Source: the human T2T-CHM13v2.0 reference genome, Homo sapiens
Assembly: GCF_009914755.1 (NCBI RefSeq)
Contig: NC_060928.1
Reading direction: 5' to 3' (one strand)
Length of the DNA: 64,000 bases
Of this stretch, positions 59,320 to 64,000 are shown piece by piece (position 1 is the stretch's first letter; every line of letters begins with the position of its first letter). The notes beneath the pieces are model-generated. The model did not search any database, was not told the origin of the DNA, and saw only the letters and a program-made list of their open reading frames with translations. Position numbers and translations under genes: made by a program.

Positions 59320-59376
59320 CTGTTGATAAAGAGATGTTTTTCTTTTGACCATAACTTAGAGTTTAAGCAATGTGAG
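59320..59376 (-). pseudogene. NIBAN-like relic exon (S)SHCLNSKLWSKEKHLFIN
   Basis: Weak acceptor ttcttaatgag|C, donor CAG|gtaaag; 57 nt, phase 2-2; a 92-nt intron restores frame and expected length. Confidence 0.5.
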
Positions 59377-59468
59377 CTCATTAAGAAATGCCAGGTTATG
59401 GTTAGAAATGTCTCTTTGAGATTCCCATGACCACATGGGTCTTGTCTGTTGTTTTGGAGCCCAGTGAC

Positions 59469-59599
59469 CTCAGGCGTGAAGGTCAGAGGTCATCATGGTG
59501 TTCTGTGTACTTCCATTGTCTGCATCTTTACTCAGGATGGTGAAAAGAGTTATCATTGCTGGGGCCAGCCTTCATCTCCAAGGTAGGTTGATAGAACAT
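59469..59599 (-). pseudogene. NIBAN-like relic exon MFYQPTLEMKAGPS...HPE*RCRQWKYTEHHDDL*PSRL
   Basis: Acceptor cattcatgttcag|ATG, degenerate donor GAG|gtcact; two stops; resembles ELGPELKAELGPRLKGKPQERQRQW. Confidence 0.7.
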
Positions 59600-60227
59600 C
59601 TGAACATGAATGATTATTATTGGTATATTTATGCTGAGTTCCAATGGAGAACAAAGTCTCTTTAAGAAATAGGCCTGACCATTAATATGACCATTATGAT
59701 AACAAAGAGGATAGTTTAGGTTAAGGAGCAGACCATCAAGGTTAGCACCCTTGTATGCATACGTGTGTGTATTAAGCGCTGGACAAAAAAACAACAAATG
59801 AAGGAGAGCATGAGAGCAATTCTTTTTCAATAAGAGCCATAAATGCTGAGGTGGACATTTGTCTAGATGTCTGCATTTCTTTATAAATACCCAAAGACAT
59901 CTAATTACCAAATTTTAAAAATGAATATGAAATAGACACATAGACTCTTTCATGTGGTATTTGCATTTTTAACTTAACGGCACAATGTTCCAAACTTGGG
60001 ACTAAGGCGAGCAAGAGAGAAGCAAAACAAAACATACAGAAGGACATTAATAATTGAATTAATTTGGGCTCAAGATGATTTAAAAGTTCTTATATGAATG
60101 GTTGGTGCCAAATATGTGTAGCAGGGCTACCGTTCTCTCCTGAGGAGCTCACACTTTCTTTAAGGTCTCACTTGGCAATTGTCGTCCTACTTTACAGTGC
60201 TAACTTGGCACAGATATTGCAGCTAAA

Positions 60228-60590
60228 GGAGGCAGAATGCATAGTAGTCAGGACTGTGGACTCTGGAACTGATTGCCCTGGGCTCAATCCCAGCTCCATG
60301 ACTTACTAATTGGATGAACAAGAGTAAGTTATAGCTCCCTGTGCCTCAGTTTCCTTACTTGTAAAATAAGGCTGTTATGAAGATTAAATAAGTTAACATA
60401 CATAGAGTGTTGCAGTCCTTGGAACACAGTAAGTTATTTTAGCTCTCTATATCTCAGTTTCTTTGCCTGTAAAATAGGGATAGTAATTGTATCTCCTGTA
60501 TAGGATTATTGTTAGAATTTAATTAATTAATTTTATATTTGTAAAGTGCTTAGAACGGTGCTTGGCATTGTGTGTTAGCAATTATTATTC
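60228..60590 (+). mobile_element. MIR, with a second core fragment
   Basis: ggactctggaactgattgccctgggctcaatcccagctcc...gtgcctcagtttcc; second ctcagtttctttgcctgtaaaatagg. Confidence 0.8.
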
Positions 60591-60934
60591 TACAGAATAA
60601 ATATCAAATTTTTTGAACTTCAATTCTGTTTTTTTTTTAGAAACATGCATAGCTAACTTCATGAGGGTGGTTGTTTCCTTCACATACAATTCATTTACAA
60701 AATAAATAAAATGTGTTAGTCAAAAATTCTGGCACATGTTTCCATTTATATCAAAAGATTTTCTAATCCCATGTTGGAAATCATCAGGGTAGAAGAAATA
60801 AACTTCCATCAAAACAACAGTGCACTTCTTTAGAGACTTACTCTCAACCAATTTTTTTAATTCAGAAAAAAAATTTGTATTCCAGAAGTTGTACATACTT
60901 TTTTAAAAGTAAATTTTAAGTACTGTCCCCTTAC

Positions 60935-61036
60935 CTTCAGTAAAGTCTTCCTGAGAACATTTTGTCCATTCTGACAAGTGACTAACACTGATATTCTGTT
61001 AAATTCTGAGTACATTCTGATGAACCTGGTGACAAA
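60935..61036 (-). pseudogene. NIBAN-like relic exon FVTRFIRMYSEFNRISVLVTCQNGQNVLRKTLLK
   Basis: cttcaatttacag|TTT ... AAG|gtaagg; 102 nt, open, phase 0-0; resembles FTDAIRMYRQS..LCGNEVQILSNLVME. Confidence 0.8.
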
Positions 61037-61431
61037 CTGTAAATTGAAGATCATGAAGTTCTTAGAGTTTTGTTTTGGCATAGAAATGCACAACTTGAAG
61101 TCTTTATGCTTTGGGCATTTAATTTAATTATGTTCATTCATTTATTCAACAAATAATATTAGGATGCCTGTGTGCCTGGCATTGGGCAAGGTGTTGTGTA
61201 CCTTAGAAAGAACATGTGTTTTTTTCAACTGGTCTCCATGGCCCTGCCTCAGTATTTTCTATACTGTGGATTGTGACCTATTAGTAGGTTGTAAAATAAA
61301 ATTAATAGATTATGACCAGAATTTTTAAAAAGTAGAATTGAGAATAGCAGAGTACACTGGATATAGTATTGTTTTATGAAACTTTGAAATATCTCTATTT
61401 CAGTATCTATCTCTAAGACACTCATATATAG

Positions 61432-62890
<1,459 letters not shown>

Positions 62891-63174
62891 AACATGTTTG
62901 AAATTTCAGATGGTTTATTTCTTAACTGATCTGAACTGTTTCCTTGAAATTGACAACTAACTTTTTGGCAAGTTTTATAAGATCTTCAATCCATTAACAA
63001 AGGCAGACATTTTCATGGCTGTTTTGTTTTTCATTTCTCAAAAGAAACCATTCTTAAAAATTGATTTGAGCAAGAGGAGAGGTTAAGTGGTCTGGATGAG
63101 GGAAAGATGGAAAGGAATGCAGATGCAAACGACCCCTCCCCTAATCATGTTTTCCCATTGCACATCTCAATTAT

Positions 63175-63249
63175 CTGGGGATCTGTATTCAATGAGTGAG
63201 TTTTTGCTTTTGCTTTTTCTTCTTCTGCCTGCATCCTGAGAACTGATCC
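63175..63249 (-). pseudogene. NIBAN-like relic exon GSVLRMQAEEEKAKAKTHSLNTDPQ
   Basis: Strong acceptor cctttctcatctccag|GGA; expected donor reads CAG|ataatt (GT>AT); 75 nt, phase 0-0. Confidence 0.65.
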
Positions 63250-63562
63250 CTGGAGATGAGAAAGGAATTTGAGTAAAATGTGAAGTTGTCTTTTAGATCT
63301 TGAGAATACTCTGGTAAAAGATTCAACCAAAATGAAGATTTTGGATTATGTGTCGTTTTCATTTATATTTGTTGCTTTGGATACTTTTTACTAGGGATAA
63401 TTCAGAGTTGGCTGAACACATCAACTATCCAACTAAATATACCCTCTGAGGAAAATTTATTCTTTGCACTCCTTTGCCTTTTTATTGTGATGAAAAGAAA
63501 AAAAAAACAACCAGAGATTCAACGGGCTGTAACTTTAATAGGTCATTCCAGCCAGTGCTTAC

Positions 63563-63648
63563 CTTCACAAAATTCTGATAATACACGGAAGACAATACAG
63601 TGATCAAAAGCAGTGATGAGATTTTTTAGCAGCATTAACCGTCATGAC
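63563..63648 (-). pseudogene. NIBAN-like relic exon VMTVNAAKKSHHCF/LITVLSSVYYQNFVK
   Basis: ttttctttcattttgctag|GTC ... AAG|gtaagc; 86 nt, i.e. 1 nt short of 87 (frameshift). Confidence 0.75.
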
Positions 63649-63732
63649 CTAGCAAAATGAAAGAAAATGGTTTAACAGAACTGTCAGCTTCAATATAGCT
63701 AATAAAGGCATGGATAAATGTTTATTACATAC

Positions 63733-63801
63733 CGGAGACAGATCATTTCTGTACAGAAATTGAGGATGACCTTTACTGATAACTCTTATCTGCCTGATAT
63801 C
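63733..63801 (-). pseudogene. NIBAN-like relic exon DIRQIRVISKGHPQFLYRNDLSP
   Basis: ctcttttcctctctctcag|GAT ... CCG|gtatgt; 69 nt, open only in phase 0. Confidence 0.75.
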
Positions 63802-63947
63802 CTGAGAGAGAGGAAAAGAGAGGGGTAAGAGAGAAGCATATTTACTGATATTTGTGAAAGGAGAAATTATCATTTGCAAATAAAACATTTTAACAGTGAT
63901 TATCTCAAGTCACCCTCTTGCCCTCACTTCCACCCCGACAGACATAC

Positions 63948-63993
63948 CTCATGAAGGTATAGTAGCGATTCCTCTCTAGGGGACCAAATGTGC
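63948..63993 (-). pseudogene. NIBAN-like relic exon (R)HIWSPREESLLYLHE
   Basis: ctttcag|G (acceptor truncated by the window edge) ... GAG|gtatgt. Confidence 0.6.
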
Positions 63994-64000
63994 CTGAAAG

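Overview
Primate (most likely human or great ape) genomic DNA, AT-rich, with no intact protein-coding gene. The left ~21 kb is dominated by L1: two 5'-inverted L1PA insertions with target-site duplications (TSDs), several L1 3' ends and old L1M debris. Alus, MIR, L2, an MST LTR, MER21 and hAT DNA transposon relics are scattered throughout. The main result, missed by the ORF track, is a chain of about 14 minus-strand exon relics running from the right edge (63993) to 22269. They are mostly bounded by recognisable splice sites, are largely phase-compatible, and translate collinearly into a divergent NIBAN/FAM129-like protein (end of the PH domain, the helical core and a C-terminal tail). Multiple stops, a frameshift and a dead donor indicate a decayed unprocessed (probably unitary) pseudogene whose 5' exons lie beyond the window. 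The NIBAN match rests on sequence recalled from memory and needs a database check. Its introns hold several repeat-free, motif-rich blocks that look like developmental enhancers.
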